Shown here piece by piece: positions 42,372 through 53,386 of a DNA stretch of 64,000 nt. The position numbers and the translations under genes are program-made. This stretch comes from Escherichia coli (lineage in GTDB: Bacteria; Pseudomonadota; Gammaproteobacteria; Enterobacterales; Enterobacteriaceae), in assembly GCF_024700885.2 (NCBI RefSeq), contig NZ_CP117016.1, one strand, 5' to 3'. Within the stretch, counting starts at the first letter, position 1. Every line of letters begins with the position of its first letter. Under the pieces are notes generated by a model. It did no database searches and was not told the origin of the DNA. It saw only the letters and a program-made list of their open reading frames with translations.

Positions 42372-44479
42372 GTTTACCCGAAGGATTTGTTCTCGATAAT
42401 CAGCCTGATAACTCACAGCTTCCTGATGGTTTTGTGCTTGATTCCCAACCAGAGCAGCAGCAATCACCTTTGGTTTCACCAGAGGAAAATTCCAGACAGG
42501 AAAATGTTGTTAATAATGCTAACGGCTTCGACCGTTTTATGTATGGCGTTCTCAGTGGATTGATGGATGTTGGTAAAGGTGTTGGTCTATTTCAGGATAT
42601 GACACCAGAAGAGCAAGCCGCAATTCAGTCTCTACAGCAGAAGTTAGCGGCAAAACCATCAACCGCACAAGATGTTGGTGAGTTCGTTGGACAAGCAGCA
42701 CCATTTGTTAGTGGTGGTGGGATTATTTCTCAGGTTCCGAAAGGGGCGGCAAGGCTGGCTGCCGCCGCAGGGCTTGGTGCTGGAGAAGGGGCTATTGTAG
42801 CCAATGGAACAAATAGCGATGTTGCTTCTGGAGCTGCTATTGGCGCTGTGGCTGGCCCTGTAGCAGAGATTGTTGGTCCAGCGCTTGGGAAGATTGCAGG
42901 AAAAATTAAAAATAGTGCCGGAGATATTTATCGCTCATCCGTAGGGATGGGTAGTAAATCATCTAAAGCAACGTTAAAGAAAGCTGCTGGCGCAATGGAC
43001 AATAAATTTATCGGCGGGCAACGAGCTATTCAAGATTTCGCCGATGAAGTTAATCCTGATTTTAACGCGATAAATGCTATTCGTGAGCTAGAACTGGAAA
43101 ATTATGCCACTCCAGGCATGATCTCTAATAATCCTGCTGTCAGGGCTCTTGATAATGCAGTGGCAAGTCTCCCTGGAACAGAGATTAGTGAGGCGCATAA
43201 GCGTTTTATTACTGAATTAGGAAGAAAAGCTGATGAAATGATAACTTCATTTGGGGGAAGCCTTGATAAGCAACTGGTTTCTGACAGGCTTGCAGATAAT
43301 TTTGATAAAACCATTTCATCATTACAAAATCAGTCAGATAACATCTACAACAAAATTGCCGAAAAGGTTCCTGTAAGAGACCGGATTGAGGCAACTAATA
43401 CATTGAATTTTTTAGAGGATTTTGCTGATGATATAGGTGGAATTGATGAATTATCTCCAATAATGAAGCGGACATTGAACCGACTTGATCCAAACACCTT
43501 GCCAACGTATGGGCGTTTAGATCTCGCTAGAAAGCAGGTTGGACAAGCTATTGGCAAAGGCTCTGGTCCATTCAAGGATGAAGAAACAGGTGTTCTTAAA
43601 AAGTTATATGCGGCTATAACAGATGACCAACAGGCTGTCGCAGAAAAATATGGCGCAGGGGAGTTATGGACGCTTGGTAAGGAGTTGGTAAAAACACGAA
43701 AATCCATTGAAGATGATGCCGTAACCGTTTTGGGTAGAAAACTTCAGCAATCAGCAATTCCAAAAGTTGAAAGTGCCGTTGTTAATATGGCAAAAGGAAA
43801 CGGTGGTGACTTTAGGCAATTAATGAAGTCAATTCCAAAGGATATGCGGCAGGAAGTTGCGCTCACCTCAATGAATAAAGCATTTACCAGCTATGCTAAA
43901 TCACCAGGTCAGCAATTAGGGGTTGATGGATTTGTAAAATGGTATAACGGAATGTCACGCAATGGGGCCAATATGAAGGCTCTCCGTGATGCTATTGGCA
44001 CAGATGCATCAAAGCGCCTTGATACGATTTATCAAGCAGCCAAAGCTATGAATAGACTCAATACTGGTAAGCAGTATGCTAGCAGCCTTGTGGATCAGCA
44101 AGTTAATAACTTCCTGAAAGAAAAGGGTAGTCTCGCAAAAATTTATGGAATAGCCTCAAAAGCTGCTGCGGCGGAAGGTATTACAAGCTTATCTGGTCTT
44201 CCTGGTGTAGGTGCAACAGGGGTGATAACGTCAGCATTGATGTCAGGGAAAACAAGCAGGATAAAGGCTGCTGATGCTCTACTGTCTTCTCCTGAGTTTA
44301 AATCAATGCTATTTCGCCTGCAAAACGCACCAGTAGACAGAGCAGAAGTGAGACGCGTAATAGAAAGGAAACTGATGCAATCTGGGGCATTTAAGAGATG
44401 GGAGAAAACCTTATCAACAGATGAAGCAAAAACCATTGCCCGCACGGGGATTATTACATGGCTCGCTAGTGACAGTTAG
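42356..44479 (+). CDS. Ejection protein (P22 gp16-like), enlarged
   Basis: 707-aa ORF at the end of the rightward morphogenesis operon. Confidence 0.6.
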   Translation: MATDVGLPEGFVLDNQPDNSQLPDGFVLDSQPEQQQSPLVSPEENSRQENVVNNANGFDRFMYGVLSGLMDVGKGVGLFQDMTPEEQAAIQSLQQKLAAKPSTAQDVGEFVGQAAPFVSGGGIISQVPKGAARLAAAAGLGAGEGAIVANGTNSDVASGAAIGAVAGPVAEIVGPALGKIAGKIKNSAGDIYRSSVGMGSKSSKATLKKAAGAMDNKFIGGQRAIQDFADEVNPDFNAINAIRELELENYATPGMISNNPAVRALDNAVASLPGTEISEAHKRFITELGRKADEMITSFGGSLDKQLVSDRLADNFDKTISSLQNQSDNIYNKIAEKVPVRDRIEATNTLNFLEDFADDIGGIDELSPIMKRTLNRLDPNTLPTYGRLDLARKQVGQAIGKGSGPFKDEETGVLKKLYAAITDDQQAVAEKYGAGELWTLGKELVKTRKSIEDDAVTVLGRKLQQSAIPKVESAVVNMAKGNGGDFRQLMKSIPKDMRQEVALTSMNKAFTSYAKSPGQQLGVDGFVKWYNGMSRNGANMKALRDAIGTDASKRLDTIYQAAKAMNRLNTGKQYASSLVDQQVNNFLKEKGSLAKIYGIASKAAAAEGITSLSGLPGVGATGVITSALMSGKTSRIKAADALLSSPEFKSMLFRLQNAPVDRAEVRRVIERKLMQSGAFKRWEKTLSTDEAKTIARTGIITWLASDS

Positions 44480-44766
44480 TCAACTTTGGTTATTTTGCCT
44501 TCTTTTTCTTGATGAACTTTGCATCCATCATCTTTTGATAGCCAAACTAAAAACTTTAAAACCTTAAACACAAGTACGGCTACTGCAATGAAAGCACCAA
44601 TTGCAATTATTGCTAGCGAAATTATTTGCATTGGTGCTTTTAATGCAGGGAAAATAGTGTAAATGATCGCGAAAACAGTAATTATGAGGAACCATCGCTT
44701 CACACCAACCTCCTTAGTTTTGAGCAGGATACCAGATGGTTTGGAGTGAGATAAAGGTTTGTCCAC
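44476..44766 (-). CDS. Small membrane protein (96 aa, two predicted TM helices)
   Basis: Hydrophobic segments WFLIITVFAIIYTIF and IISLAIIAIGAFIAVAVLVF; AT-rich; distal gene of the leftward cassette. Confidence 0.5.
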   Translation of the reverse strand: MDKPLSHSKPSGILLKTKEVGVKRWFLIITVFAIIYTIFPALKAPMQIISLAIIAIGAFIAVAVLVFKVLKFLVWLSKDDGCKVHQEKEGKITKVD

Positions 44767-44830
44767 TTTTGGCTATAGCTTTATGTATCCGTGACGGATG
44801 TAATTATCACGGATGCATAAAAATTATATT

Positions 44831-45379
44831 TTAGTGTAATCTCTGATCGTCTGAATCGTGTAAGAACTCCATGAGACTTTGAACCGGAATTGGTTCTATT
44901 GATGATAATGTGAACACAGGAATATTGAGACTTTTGCAACGCTCAAACACTCCCTTATCATGAGTCCATACCTCGTCAGCATTAATTGCTCTTGCAATTG
45001 CTATTATTTGTCTGTCAAACTTAATTTTGTTTGCTGTACCTTCTGTGCTAATTTTCCTTAATTCTTTTAATGTTGGTATCGATGCGCATTCAATAGCAGC
45101 CAACTCATCAAATGATACAGTTTCGAAGCACGATAACGATTTGATAACATTCAGTTTTTCTTGTTGGTAATCTTTATGGATTCCAACTAAAAACTCCGCC
45201 AATACAGGAGTTGGAACGATGATTGTCCCGTTCTTGTTATCTATTCGATCAACAAGAGCTTCTGCTCTTCTTTTGGCATCTGGAATCTCAGAACCAAGTA
45301 TAGGGTCAGATAATCTATAATCGTGTTCTATATCTGATAGTAGGTATACCAGAATATTGGTATCTAAAATTACTCGCAA
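44831..45379 (-). CDS. PIN-domain nuclease-like protein
   Basis: 182-aa ORF MRVILDTNILVYLL... with acidic residues spaced as in PIN domains (D6, E~62, D~122, WTHDKG); start overlaps the upstream gene. Confidence 0.7.
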   Translation of the reverse strand: MRVILDTNILVYLLSDIEHDYRLSDPILGSEIPDAKRRAEALVDRIDNKNGTIIVPTPVLAEFLVGIHKDYQQEKLNVIKSLSCFETVSFDELAAIECASIPTLKELRKISTEGTANKIKFDRQIIAIARAINADEVWTHDKGVFERCKSLNIPVFTLSSIEPIPVQSLMEFLHDSDDQRLH

Positions 45380-46089
45380 TTTATCTTCCTCAGAGTCCTA
45401 AGGATTGAATCAACATCGCGTTCCTCGGACCACTGATCTCCAGGAACTTGCTTGATAGCATTAATAGCATCCTTGAGTGATGATTTTTTGAGCAATACAA
45501 ATGAAGTTATTTTTAGTTTCTTTAGCTCCCATTTGTTGTTCTTTTTTTCCCAGCACCCATCTCCTTTAACCCTAATATATTTGAATAGATGGGACCCAAG
45601 AGCTGCCGCCAAATCAGGGGTTGCCTCGCACTTGAATGTTTCACCGTTGGCTCCCTCAATACGCACAGGTATTGAGTTGTCTTTTCCGCCAACACTGTAT
45701 AGCCTTCCTTGAACTTCTGACGTTTTTGTTATGAGTAAAGGGATTGGCTCCTTTTTTACTCGCGGGAATGCGATAATGGTTGAGTGGTTTCGTCCGAGTA
45801 GTTTCGCTGAAAAACCATCATGCTCCAGTAAATTAACAATTTTTTGATACGCGGGTGATTTCTCTTTGGCTGAGAGAGAGGCCCTTGCTATGACAGCGTT
45901 ATAACAAATATCATTATCGACCCATGCATTTAAGTCAGCCGATCCTTCACTTACACAGTCGAAGTGAACAGAATCTGCAGAACCGTATAGATCTACGAGA
46001 GCAGACATATACTTGACCAACTTAGCCATTGACAGCTGGCCAGGGGTGGTTCCGTCAAGTTTTAATGTGAGTCCATTGCTTTTTTTCAT
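45370..46089 (-). CDS. Hypothetical protein (239 aa), partner of the PIN-domain gene
   Basis: ORF directly downstream of mnt on the same strand, overlapping the PIN gene by 10 nt; no recognised domain. Confidence 0.6.
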   Translation of the reverse strand: MKKSNGLTLKLDGTTPGQLSMAKLVKYMSALVDLYGSADSVHFDCVSEGSADLNAWVDNDICYNAVIARASLSAKEKSPAYQKIVNLLEHDGFSAKLLGRNHSTIIAFPRVKKEPIPLLITKTSEVQGRLYSVGGKDNSIPVRIEGANGETFKCEATPDLAAALGSHLFKYIRVKGDGCWEKKNNKWELKKLKITSFVLLKKSSLKDAINAIKQVPGDQWSEERDVDSILRTLRKINCE

Positions 46090-46138
46090 TTGTCATCACG
46101 CGAGCCAATATCGATATGGTTAACTGTACGTCATAAGC

Positions 46139-46393
46139 CTATAACTTACTTTTGCTATAAATATTTTTCAGCGTTTCAAAGACCATCTTCTTAACAACGT
46201 CAGATTGCTCATCCGCGACTCGCTCAGCTTCGTCTCGATGGCCTACAATTGATGATGGCTTTGAGAGAGCATCCTGAACGATTTGTAATAACTCAGAGTT
46301 CATTGACCTTCCGTTAGCCTCTGCTCTTAATTTCAATTTTTCTCTTACTTCCAAAGGCATACGGAAGTTAAAGTGCGGATCGTCTCTAGCCAT
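46139..46393 (-). CDS. mnt: Mnt repressor (P22 immI)
   Basis: MARDDPHFNFRMPLEVREKLKLRAEANGRSMNSELLQIVQDALSKP..., ribbon-helix-helix; matches P22 Mnt. Confidence 0.9.
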   Translation of the reverse strand: MARDDPHFNFRMPLEVREKLKLRAEANGRSMNSELLQIVQDALSKPSSIVGHRDEAERVADEQSDVVKKMVFETLKNIYSKSKL

Positions 46394-46420
46394 GCCATCA
46401 CCCCAAGTTAGTGTATTGAC

Positions 46421-46468
46421 ATGATAGAAGCACTCTACTATATTCTCAATAGGTCCACCGTGGACCTA
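46421..46468. promoter_or_regulatory. Oarc and Omnt operators with divergent Pant/Pmnt promoters
   Basis: ATGATAGAAGCACTCTACTAT (46421..46441) and near-palindrome TAGGTCCACCGTGGACCTA (46450..46468), matching P22 immI operators. Confidence 0.75.
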
Positions 46469-46483
46469 TATTGTGAGGTAAAT

Positions 46484-46642
46484 ATGAAAGGAATGAGCAA
46501 AATGCCGCAGTTCAATTTGCGGTGGCCTAAAGAAGTATTGGATTTGGTGCGCAAGGTAGCTGAAGAGAACGGGCGATCTGTTAACTCTGAGATTTATAAG
46601 CGAGTGATGGACAGCCTGAAGAGAGAGGGGATAACGGTATGA
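46484..46642 (+). CDS. arc: Arc repressor (P22 immI)
   Basis: MKGMSKMPQFNLRWPKEVLDLVRKVAEENGRSVNSEIYKRVMDSLKREG..., matches P22 Arc. Confidence 0.9.
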   Translation: MKGMSKMPQFNLRWPKEVLDLVRKVAEENGRSVNSEIYKRVMDSLKREGITV

Positions 46643-46860
46643 AGTTTATTGAGGTTGATGAGATTGGCTATGAGAATGCACTTGGTAGAGGTAAATCTTT
46701 AGTTAACGTTAATGGCATTGAGTCGATAAGGAGCGGTGAATTTACGGAGATCAGAATGATGTCAGGTGGAATCATTCCTTGCCGTGATTCAGTAGAGTCA
46801 ATCAAAGCAAGAATGAGTGGTCAGTGGCTTTATAACTACAGTGACTTACAAAAACAGTGA
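46639..46860 (+). CDS. Hypothetical protein (73 aa) between arc and ant
   Basis: ORF with overlapping start/stop to arc and to the ant upstream frame. Confidence 0.45.
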   Translation: MKFIEVDEIGYENALGRGKSLVNVNGIESIRSGEFTEIRMMSGGIIPCRDSVESIKARMSGQWLYNYSDLQKQ

Positions 46861-46922
46861 AGCCCCAACTGCGGGAACAGTCAGGGCTTCGGGTGTCAGT
46901 AAATCCGTGGAGAAAAACCAAC

Positions 46923-47825
46923 ATGAATAGTATAGCAATTTTAGAAGCAGTGAACACCTCTTACGTGCCTTTCAATGGTCAGCAAATTATCACCGCCATG
47001 GCTGCCGGAGTTGCATATGTTGCGATGAAGCCAATCGTTGAAAACCTTGGAATGAGCTGGTCAACGCAGCAAACAAAACTCATGAAGCAGATTAGCAAAT
47101 TCAACTGTGTTCATATGAACATGGTTGCCGCTGATGGGAAGCTTCGTAAGCTACTCTGCCTTCCTTTGAAGAAGTTAAATGGATGGCTGTTCAGCATCAA
47201 CCCTGAGAAAGTTCGTGCTGACATCCGCGATAAACTGATTCAGTACCAGGAAGAATGCTTTACTGTGCTGCATGACTACTGGACAAAGGGAAAGGCAGAA
47301 AATGCACGTAAGAAAACATCTGTTGATGACAGGACTCCGCTTCGTGATGCTGTAAATATGCTGGTCAGCAAAAAGCATCTAATGTACCCAGAAGCTTATG
47401 CAATGATTCATCAGCGTTTCAATGTGGAAAGTATTGAAGAGCTTGATGCATCTCAGATACCGCAAGCCGTAGAGTACATCCACAGGGTAGTACTTGAAGG
47501 CGAGTTAATCGGCAAACAAGAGAAGAAAGCAAACGAGCTTTCTGCAAAAGAAGCAAACAGCCTTGTATGGTTATGGGATTATGCCAACCGCTCACAGGCA
47601 TTATTCCGCGAACTGTATCTGGCGCTAAAACAAATTCAATCGAACTATTCCGGCAGATGCTACGACTACGGTCATGAATTCTCGTATGTTATCGGAATGG
47701 CGAGAGACGTTTTAATAAACCACACACGAGATGTTGATATTAATGAGCCAGACGGACCAACGAATCTTTCCGCATGGATGAGACTTAAGAATAAAGAATT
47801 ACCTCCTTCAGTACATAACTACTGA
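46923..47825 (+). CDS. ant: Antirepressor Ant (P22 immI)
   Basis: Internal start [47 protein letters not shown]..., matches P22 Ant (300 aa). Confidence 0.85.
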   Translation: MNSIAILEAVNTSYVPFNGQQIITAMAAGVAYVAMKPIVENLGMSWSTQQTKLMKQISKFNCVHMNMVAADGKLRKLLCLPLKKLNGWLFSINPEKVRADIRDKLIQYQEECFTVLHDYWTKGKAENARKKTSVDDRTPLRDAVNMLVSKKHLMYPEAYAMIHQRFNVESIEELDASQIPQAVEYIHRVVLEGELIGKQEKKANELSAKEANSLVWLWDYANRSQALFRELYLALKQIQSNYSGRCYDYGHEFSYVIGMARDVLINHTRDVDINEPDGPTNLSAWMRLKNKELPPSVHNY

Positions 47826-47844
47826 CAGATAACCAACGCAACGA

Positions 47845-47872
47845 CCTAGCTTCGGCTGGGTTTTTTTATGCC
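47845..47872 (+). terminator. Putative intrinsic terminator after ant
   Basis: Hairpin CCTAGCTTCGGCTGGG followed by TTTTTTTAT. Confidence 0.4.
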
Positions 47873-48209
47873 CAAAATTCACCGTAGCCATGCTGCGGCG
47901 ATTCCTTGTATTTGGAGCAAATTAAATGACAGATATTATAAATAGGAATTGTTATTTAATAATGTTTGAAAATAAAAATCATGGACGATAGGAATAAAGG
48001 TATTACTTGTTTTTATTTTTGTAAGTGACGCATTAAGCGCATAAATAATATGCCTGTTGATCAAGATTCTTGAGTATTGTAAAATAATCGTTTTGTTCAT
48101 GTTGCATGGTTTTTAAATGAATAGAAGGTTATTTTTCAAAACAATTGCATCGTTGTCTGCAGTCATTCCGTTTTCTTCAATATCTAAATCTTCAAACAGG
48201 ATGACTAAT

Positions 48210-50795
48210 ATGCCTGATATAACCCCAAATGTTGTGATAGGTATGCCATCGCAACTCTTCACAATGGCTAGCTCTTTTAAAACCGTAGCAAATGGAAAAA
48301 TTTATATCGGTAAGATTGACACAGATCCGGTAAATCCAGAAAACCAGATTCCAGTATATCTGGAACGAGAAGATGGTACTTATGTTCAGGTGCCACAGCC
48401 AATCGTTATCAATGCTGCTGGATACCCGGTATACAACGGACAGATTTCCAAATTCGTTACCGTGCAAGGCCATTCTATGGCTGTTTACGATGCATATGGT
48501 ACGCAGCAGTTCTATTTTCCGAATGTGCTTAAGTACGATCCTGACCAATTAAGACAACAATTAGAAGACCCGGAAGGTGCTAAAAAATATCATGAATTGC
48601 AGATGTCTCGGTGGCGTGATGACGCTGACCCTCGCGGATGGGGAGCAAAAGGTGATGGCATCACCGATGACACATTATCTTTTCAAGAGTTAGAAAAACA
48701 AATCACAGGAAGGATTGTTGATCTAAGGGGTAATACATATATAACAGATCAAGTTTTTGATGGAAATAAGTATATAAATGGCTATTTTCGCACAGAGAAT
48801 CGATTACTGCCAGATGCTGATTTTACTGAAAAAAGAATACAAACTATAAAAAAGGGGATGTATACAGGTTTCAGACCTTCTACTCCTAATCATGTTAAGT
48901 CAGGGTTGCGACTGGCAACAATTAAAAATACTGTCATACAGGGTGCTGTTCTTGATTATTATGACAGTGTTCTTTATTGCTTGGTAAATGTGAGTGGCAG
49001 CGTTAGTTCTGGTGACGAAGTTAATAAAGTTGTTGCTTATAATTGGTTTGGGAATGAAGAGTTAACTCCTCTTTGGGAGACTAAAGGTAGTAGAGAATTA
49101 GGACATCAATGTCTTGGTTTAACCATAGGGCGCGTTGGTTTTCGTAACACAAGAGGCCAGTTACAGATATGGGGGTTAGCTGGCACAGCTAAAGGAGAGG
49201 ATCGCGCAAAGTATATCACCAGATTCACCCCTACTGATGGTGGTGAAATTGAACCAGAGTTTTTTCTCATATGGGAAGATGGTTACGAGAATCAGGTAAA
49301 TGTTTTATGCACCGACCCTATGAGTCGATGGCTGATTACTACAGCAAAACGTTATGTTGGCCCTGGTGAGAGCCCATCAACACCAGATCAAATTCGCTAT
49401 TATGTAAAAGTATTTGATACCAGCAAATTTATTAACCCGCAGGCGTACAATTACGATTATCGTAATGAAGCAACTTTTGAATTTGAAATTGCCGATTTTG
49501 TGAGGGATATGCAAACAGTTGCGTGTGACGGTACTGCTATTTATTTTTGTCAGGCTGGATCTGCATATTCTTCAACCAGAAAATATTTGCATCAGTACAC
49601 ACTTGATGGTGTTTATCTTGGGGTGCAGCAAATACAGGCAGGTGCAGGAAGAGCCTATGAAATAGCAGATCCAAATGATACCGGAACGCCAGATGTTAGC
49701 AATCTTACATATGAACCAGAAGCAATGTTTTTCCGTATGATTGCAGGTGGGTATGACCTTGTAATGGGGAATACAAATGGCATACCAGATGGTGATAGTG
49801 GGCGAGAAACTACATTTTACACATTAATGCCACAACAGGTAATGCATGTAAAAACAACATCAAGAAATCAGCCTGGTATTATCATTGATTCAACCCATGA
49901 TATTGTCACTAACTCTGGTTTGTTAAGCCTTGGTAAAATTATGCCTGGTGGTGAAGTCATAGAGCAGGCAAACCTTGATGACAAAGGATTCACTGTTTCG
50001 AGGGCAACAACACAAGCCGCCCGTTATGATGCAAAGAATACGTTACGGAATGTAACTTTTCATGTTAGTGAAAAAGGTGATACCGGTATTTATGACTTTA
50101 CCAATGCTCAATGGATATTTAAATCTCCCTTATCAACATCTTCATATTCGTATATCGGTCAGTCAGCGGAGGTTAATGGCTATATAAGTGCTAATAAAGA
50201 TAATACGTCATCATGTGGGACATCATCTAAACGGTGGACGCAAGTATATGCAACTAATGGGGCAATAAATACTTCAGACCAGACATTGAAAACAAAGCCA
50301 CTGACAGTAGAGCAACTTTCAGAAATCATGGAGGTGGATCAGGATGCAATTCTTGACGCATGGGGTGACGTAAATATTATCGTTTACCAGTGGTTGTCCG
50401 ATATTAAGGCTAAAGGTTCGGATACTGCTCGTTGGCATTTCGGAGCAATTGCACAGCAGGTAAGAGATGCGTTTCTTGCAAAGGGGATAGATGGAACAAG
50501 ATTTGGCTTGCTATGTCATGATAAATGGGATGATGAGTACCAACCTGTAATGGCACAGCGCAAGGTGTCATTTATAGCTAAATCCCCTGAAGGGGAAGAC
50601 ATCGTTCGCGAATACTTTGAAGAATACGATACTGGTGACACGGAACTGGTTGTACATGCTGGTGAGCGTTGGGGATTGCGTCCAGATGAATGTTTGTGGT
50701 TGGAGGCTGCATTCCAGCGAAGAAGGTGTGAACGCATTGAGTCTCGTTTAACAGAGCTTGAATTGATAATTAAAAAAGCAAAAGAGATAGAGTAG
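48210..50795 (+). CDS. Tailspike: P22-like head-binding N-domain, distinct beta-helix-like receptor-binding body, C-terminal chaperone-like domain
   Basis: Start at ATG 48210 ([50 protein letters not shown]...); [11 protein letters not shown] motif; C-terminal segment ([10 protein letters not shown]...[13 protein letters not shown]...[11 protein letters not shown]) resembles auto-cleaving intramolecular chaperone domains. Confidence 0.85.
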   Translation: MPDITPNVVIGMPSQLFTMASSFKTVANGKIYIGKIDTDPVNPENQIPVYLEREDGTYVQVPQPIVINAAGYPVYNGQISKFVTVQGHSMAVYDAYGTQQFYFPNVLKYDPDQLRQQLEDPEGAKKYHELQMSRWRDDADPRGWGAKGDGITDDTLSFQELEKQITGRIVDLRGNTYITDQVFDGNKYINGYFRTENRLLPDADFTEKRIQTIKKGMYTGFRPSTPNHVKSGLRLATIKNTVIQGAVLDYYDSVLYCLVNVSGSVSSGDEVNKVVAYNWFGNEELTPLWETKGSRELGHQCLGLTIGRVGFRNTRGQLQIWGLAGTAKGEDRAKYITRFTPTDGGEIEPEFFLIWEDGYENQVNVLCTDPMSRWLITTAKRYVGPGESPSTPDQIRYYVKVFDTSKFINPQAYNYDYRNEATFEFEIADFVRDMQTVACDGTAIYFCQAGSAYSSTRKYLHQYTLDGVYLGVQQIQAGAGRAYEIADPNDTGTPDVSNLTYEPEAMFFRMIAGGYDLVMGNTNGIPDGDSGRETTFYTLMPQQVMHVKTTSRNQPGIIIDSTHDIVTNSGLLSLGKIMPGGEVIEQANLDDKGFTVSRATTQAARYDAKNTLRNVTFHVSEKGDTGIYDFTNAQWIFKSPLSTSSYSYIGQSAEVNGYISANKDNTSSCGTSSKRWTQVYATNGAINTSDQTLKTKPLTVEQLSEIMEVDQDAILDAWGDVNIIVYQWLSDIKAKGSDTARWHFGAIAQQVRDAFLAKGIDGTRFGLLCHDKWDDEYQPVMAQRKVSFIAKSPEGEDIVREYFEEYDTGDTELVVHAGERWGLRPDECLWLEAAFQRRRCERIESRLTELELIIKKAKEIE

Positions 50796-51083
50796 ATGGA
50801 TAAAACCCCAATTCATCACGCACTTTGCGCTGTGGTCGCACAGGTACTGGTTGGTCTTTTTACCGGAAACTGGGCTTACGGTGCGATAGCCGGTTGTACG
50901 TTCTTCATTGCTCGTGAACACACCCAGGCAGAATATCGCTGGATTGAAATGTTCGGGCATGGCAAGCGGATTAACATGCCGTGGTGGGGCGGTTTTGATC
51001 CGCGTGCATGGGATGTGGCAAGCCTGATGGATTTTTCTTTCCCAATTATCGGATGCTTATTGGTATGGATTCTTGCATCGTAG
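50796..51083 (+). CDS. Hypothetical small membrane protein (95 aa)
   Basis: ATG overlapping tailspike stop; hydrophobic segments; last gene before the attP P arm. Confidence 0.45.
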   Translation: MDKTPIHHALCAVVAQVLVGLFTGNWAYGAIAGCTFFIAREHTQAEYRWIEMFGHGKRINMPWWGGFDPRAWDVASLMDFSFPIIGCLLVWILAS

Positions 51084-51370
51084 TTAACACAGAGTTACCT
51101 ATGAGACAAAACTAAGGTACACAAAGCTTTGCACTGGATTGCAAGGCTTTGTTCTTCTCTGGAGTGTGACATGTTTTTATGACAAAAAATTAGCGCAAGA
51201 AGACAAAAAATCACCTTGCGCTAATGCTCTGTTACAGGTCACTAATACTATCTAAGTGGTTGATTCATAGTGACTGGATATGTTGTGTTTTGTAGCATTA
51301 TGTAGTCTATTTTTTAGACCAAAGATATTGTAACACATTGATATTAATGGATTTTAATGTTTCACGTTCA

Positions 51371-51385
51371 GCTTTTTTATACTAA
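51371..51385. other. attR: attR core (GCTTTTTTATACTAA), preceded by the lambda-like P arm
   Basis: P-arm sequence (CTGTTACAGGTCACTAATAC...TTGATTCATAGTGACTG...) upstream; bacterial flank CTTGAGCGAAACGGGAAGG downstream. Confidence 0.9.
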
Positions 51386-51475
51386 CTTGAGCGAAACGGG
51401 AAGGTAAAAAGACAAAAAGTTGTTTTTAATACCTTTAAGTGATACCAGATGGCATAGCGCCATCTGGCAGAGTGA

Positions 51476-51952
51476 TTAACTAAACATCGCAGTAATCGAG
51501 GCGCTTGCCAGAGAATGGAAATGGACGTTAAACCCGACCATCGCGCCGCTGGCACCTTCATCGACATCAATACGTTCTACATCCAGCGCGTGAACGGTAA
51601 AAATGTAGCGATGGGTTTCGCCTTTCGGCGGCGCTGCACCATCGTACCCGGTTTTACCAAAGTCGGTACGCGTCTGCAAAACGCCGTCTGGCATTGCTAC
51701 CAGACCAGAGCCAAACCCTTGCGGTAATACGCGGGTATCCGCGGGTAAATTAACAACTACCCAGTGCCACCAGCCGGAGCCAGTTGGCGCATCCGGGTCG
51801 TAGCAGGTGACAACAAAACTTTTCGTTCCCACAGGAACATCATCCCACGCCAGATGCGGTGAAATATTATCGCCATCGTAACCCATGCCGTTAAAGACAT
51901 GACGATGCGGCAACTTATCGCCATCGCGCAGATCATTACTGATGAGTTTCAT
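51476..51952 (-). CDS. ybhB: PEBP/YbhB-family protein
   Basis: 158-aa ORF MKLISNDLRDGDKLPHRHVFNGMGYDGDNISPHLAWDDVP..., PEBP family. Confidence 0.85.
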   Translation of the reverse strand: MKLISNDLRDGDKLPHRHVFNGMGYDGDNISPHLAWDDVPVGTKSFVVTCYDPDAPTGSGWWHWVVVNLPADTRVLPQGFGSGLVAMPDGVLQTRTDFGKTGYDGAAPPKGETHRYIFTVHALDVERIDVDEGASGAMVGFNVHFHSLASASITAMFS

Positions 51953-52010
51953 GAACCCTCCTTTCTAGTTTGCAGAAAGTGTAGCCAGAAACCCTCACGC
52001 TGACTTCCCG

Positions 52011-53300
52011 TTATTGGCAAAAAAATGTTTCATCCTGCACCGCACGATTAACCGCTGCGGTCAGACGCTGCAACTGTTGCGGGAGAATAATATAGGGCGG
52101 CATCAGGTAAATCAGTTTGCCAAAAGGCCGGATCCAGACACCCTGTTCGACAAAGAATTTTTGCAGCGCTGCCATATTCACCGGACGAGTGGTTTCGACC
52201 ACGCCGATTGCCCCCAGTACGCGCACATCGGCAACCATTTCGGCGTCACAGGCGGGGGCAAGTTGCTCGCGTAGCTGCCCTTCAATAGCCGCCACCTGAT
52301 GCTGCCAGTCGCCAGATTCGAGAATCGCCAGGCTGGCGTTTGCTGCTGCGCAGGCCAGCGGATTGCCCATAAAAGTTGGCCCATGCATAAAGCAGCCGGC
52401 TTCGCCGTTACTGATGGTTTCCGCAACCTCGCGCGTGGTGAGCGTGGCGGAAAGGGTCATTGTGCCGCCGGTTAAGGCTTTACCGAGACATAAAATATCC
52501 GGCGCGATTTCTGCATGTTCACAGGCAAACAGTTTGCCGGTACGACCAAATCCGGTGGCGATCTCGTCGGCAATCAGCAAGATACCTTCGCGATCGCACA
52601 TTTTGCGGATTCGTTTTAACCATTCCGGATGGTACATGCGCATCCCGCCTGCGCCCTGGACAATCGGTTCAATGATCACCGCCGCGATTTCATGACGATG
52701 CGCCGCCATCAGGCGGGCAAAGCCCACCATATCGCGCTCATCCCATTCGCCATCCATGCGGCTTTGCGGGGCGGGAGCAAACAAGTTTTCTGGCAGATAG
52801 CCTTTCCACAGGCTGTGCATTGAGTTGTCCGGATCGCACACCGACATCGCGCCAAAGGTATCGCCATGATAACCATTGCGGAAGGTCAGAAAACGCTGGC
52901 GCGCTTCGCCTTTGGCCTGCCAGTACTGCAACGCCATTTTCATCGCCACTTCTACCGCTACGGAGCCGGAGTCCGCGAGAAAAACGCATTCCAGCGGTTG
53001 CGGCGTCATCGCCACCAGTTTGTGGCACAGCTCAATGGCTGGCGCATGAGTGATACCGCCAAACATCACATGCGACATGGCATCAATTTGCGACTTCATC
53101 GCCGCATTAAGCTGCGGGTGATTGTAACCGTGGATCGCCGCCCACCAGGACGACATACCGTCAACCAGGCGTCTGCCGTCAGACAAAATTAGCTCGCAAC
53201 CTTCGGCGCTCGCCACCGGATAAACCGGTAGCGGGGAGGTCATGGATGTGTATGGGTGCCAGATATGGCGTTGGTCAAAGGCAAGATCGTCCGTTGTCAT
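52011..53300 (-). CDS. bioA: Adenosylmethionine-8-amino-7-oxononanoate aminotransferase
   Basis: Start trimmed to [20 protein letters not shown]...; class III PLP aminotransferase. Confidence 0.9.
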   Translation of the reverse strand: MTTDDLAFDQRHIWHPYTSMTSPLPVYPVASAEGCELILSDGRRLVDGMSSWWAAIHGYNHPQLNAAMKSQIDAMSHVMFGGITHAPAIELCHKLVAMTPQPLECVFLADSGSVAVEVAMKMALQYWQAKGEARQRFLTFRNGYHGDTFGAMSVCDPDNSMHSLWKGYLPENLFAPAPQSRMDGEWDERDMVGFARLMAAHRHEIAAVIIEPIVQGAGGMRMYHPEWLKRIRKMCDREGILLIADEIATGFGRTGKLFACEHAEIAPDILCLGKALTGGTMTLSATLTTREVAETISNGEAGCFMHGPTFMGNPLACAAANASLAILESGDWQHQVAAIEGQLREQLAPACDAEMVADVRVLGAIGVVETTRPVNMAALQKFFVEQGVWIRPFGKLIYLMPPYIILPQQLQRLTAAVNRAVQDETFFCQ

Positions 53301-53307
53301 AATCGAC

Positions 53308-53347
53308 TTGTAAACCAAATTGAAAAGATTTAGGTTTACGAGTCTAC
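53308..53347. promoter_or_regulatory. bioO: bio operator (BirA site) with divergent bioA/bioBFCD promoters
   Basis: Imperfect palindrome TTGTAAACCAAATTGAAAAGATTTAGGTTTACGAGTC between divergent bioA and bioB. Confidence 0.7.
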
Positions 53348-53386
53348 ACCGAATTAACAACAAAAAACACGTTTTGGAGAAGCCCC

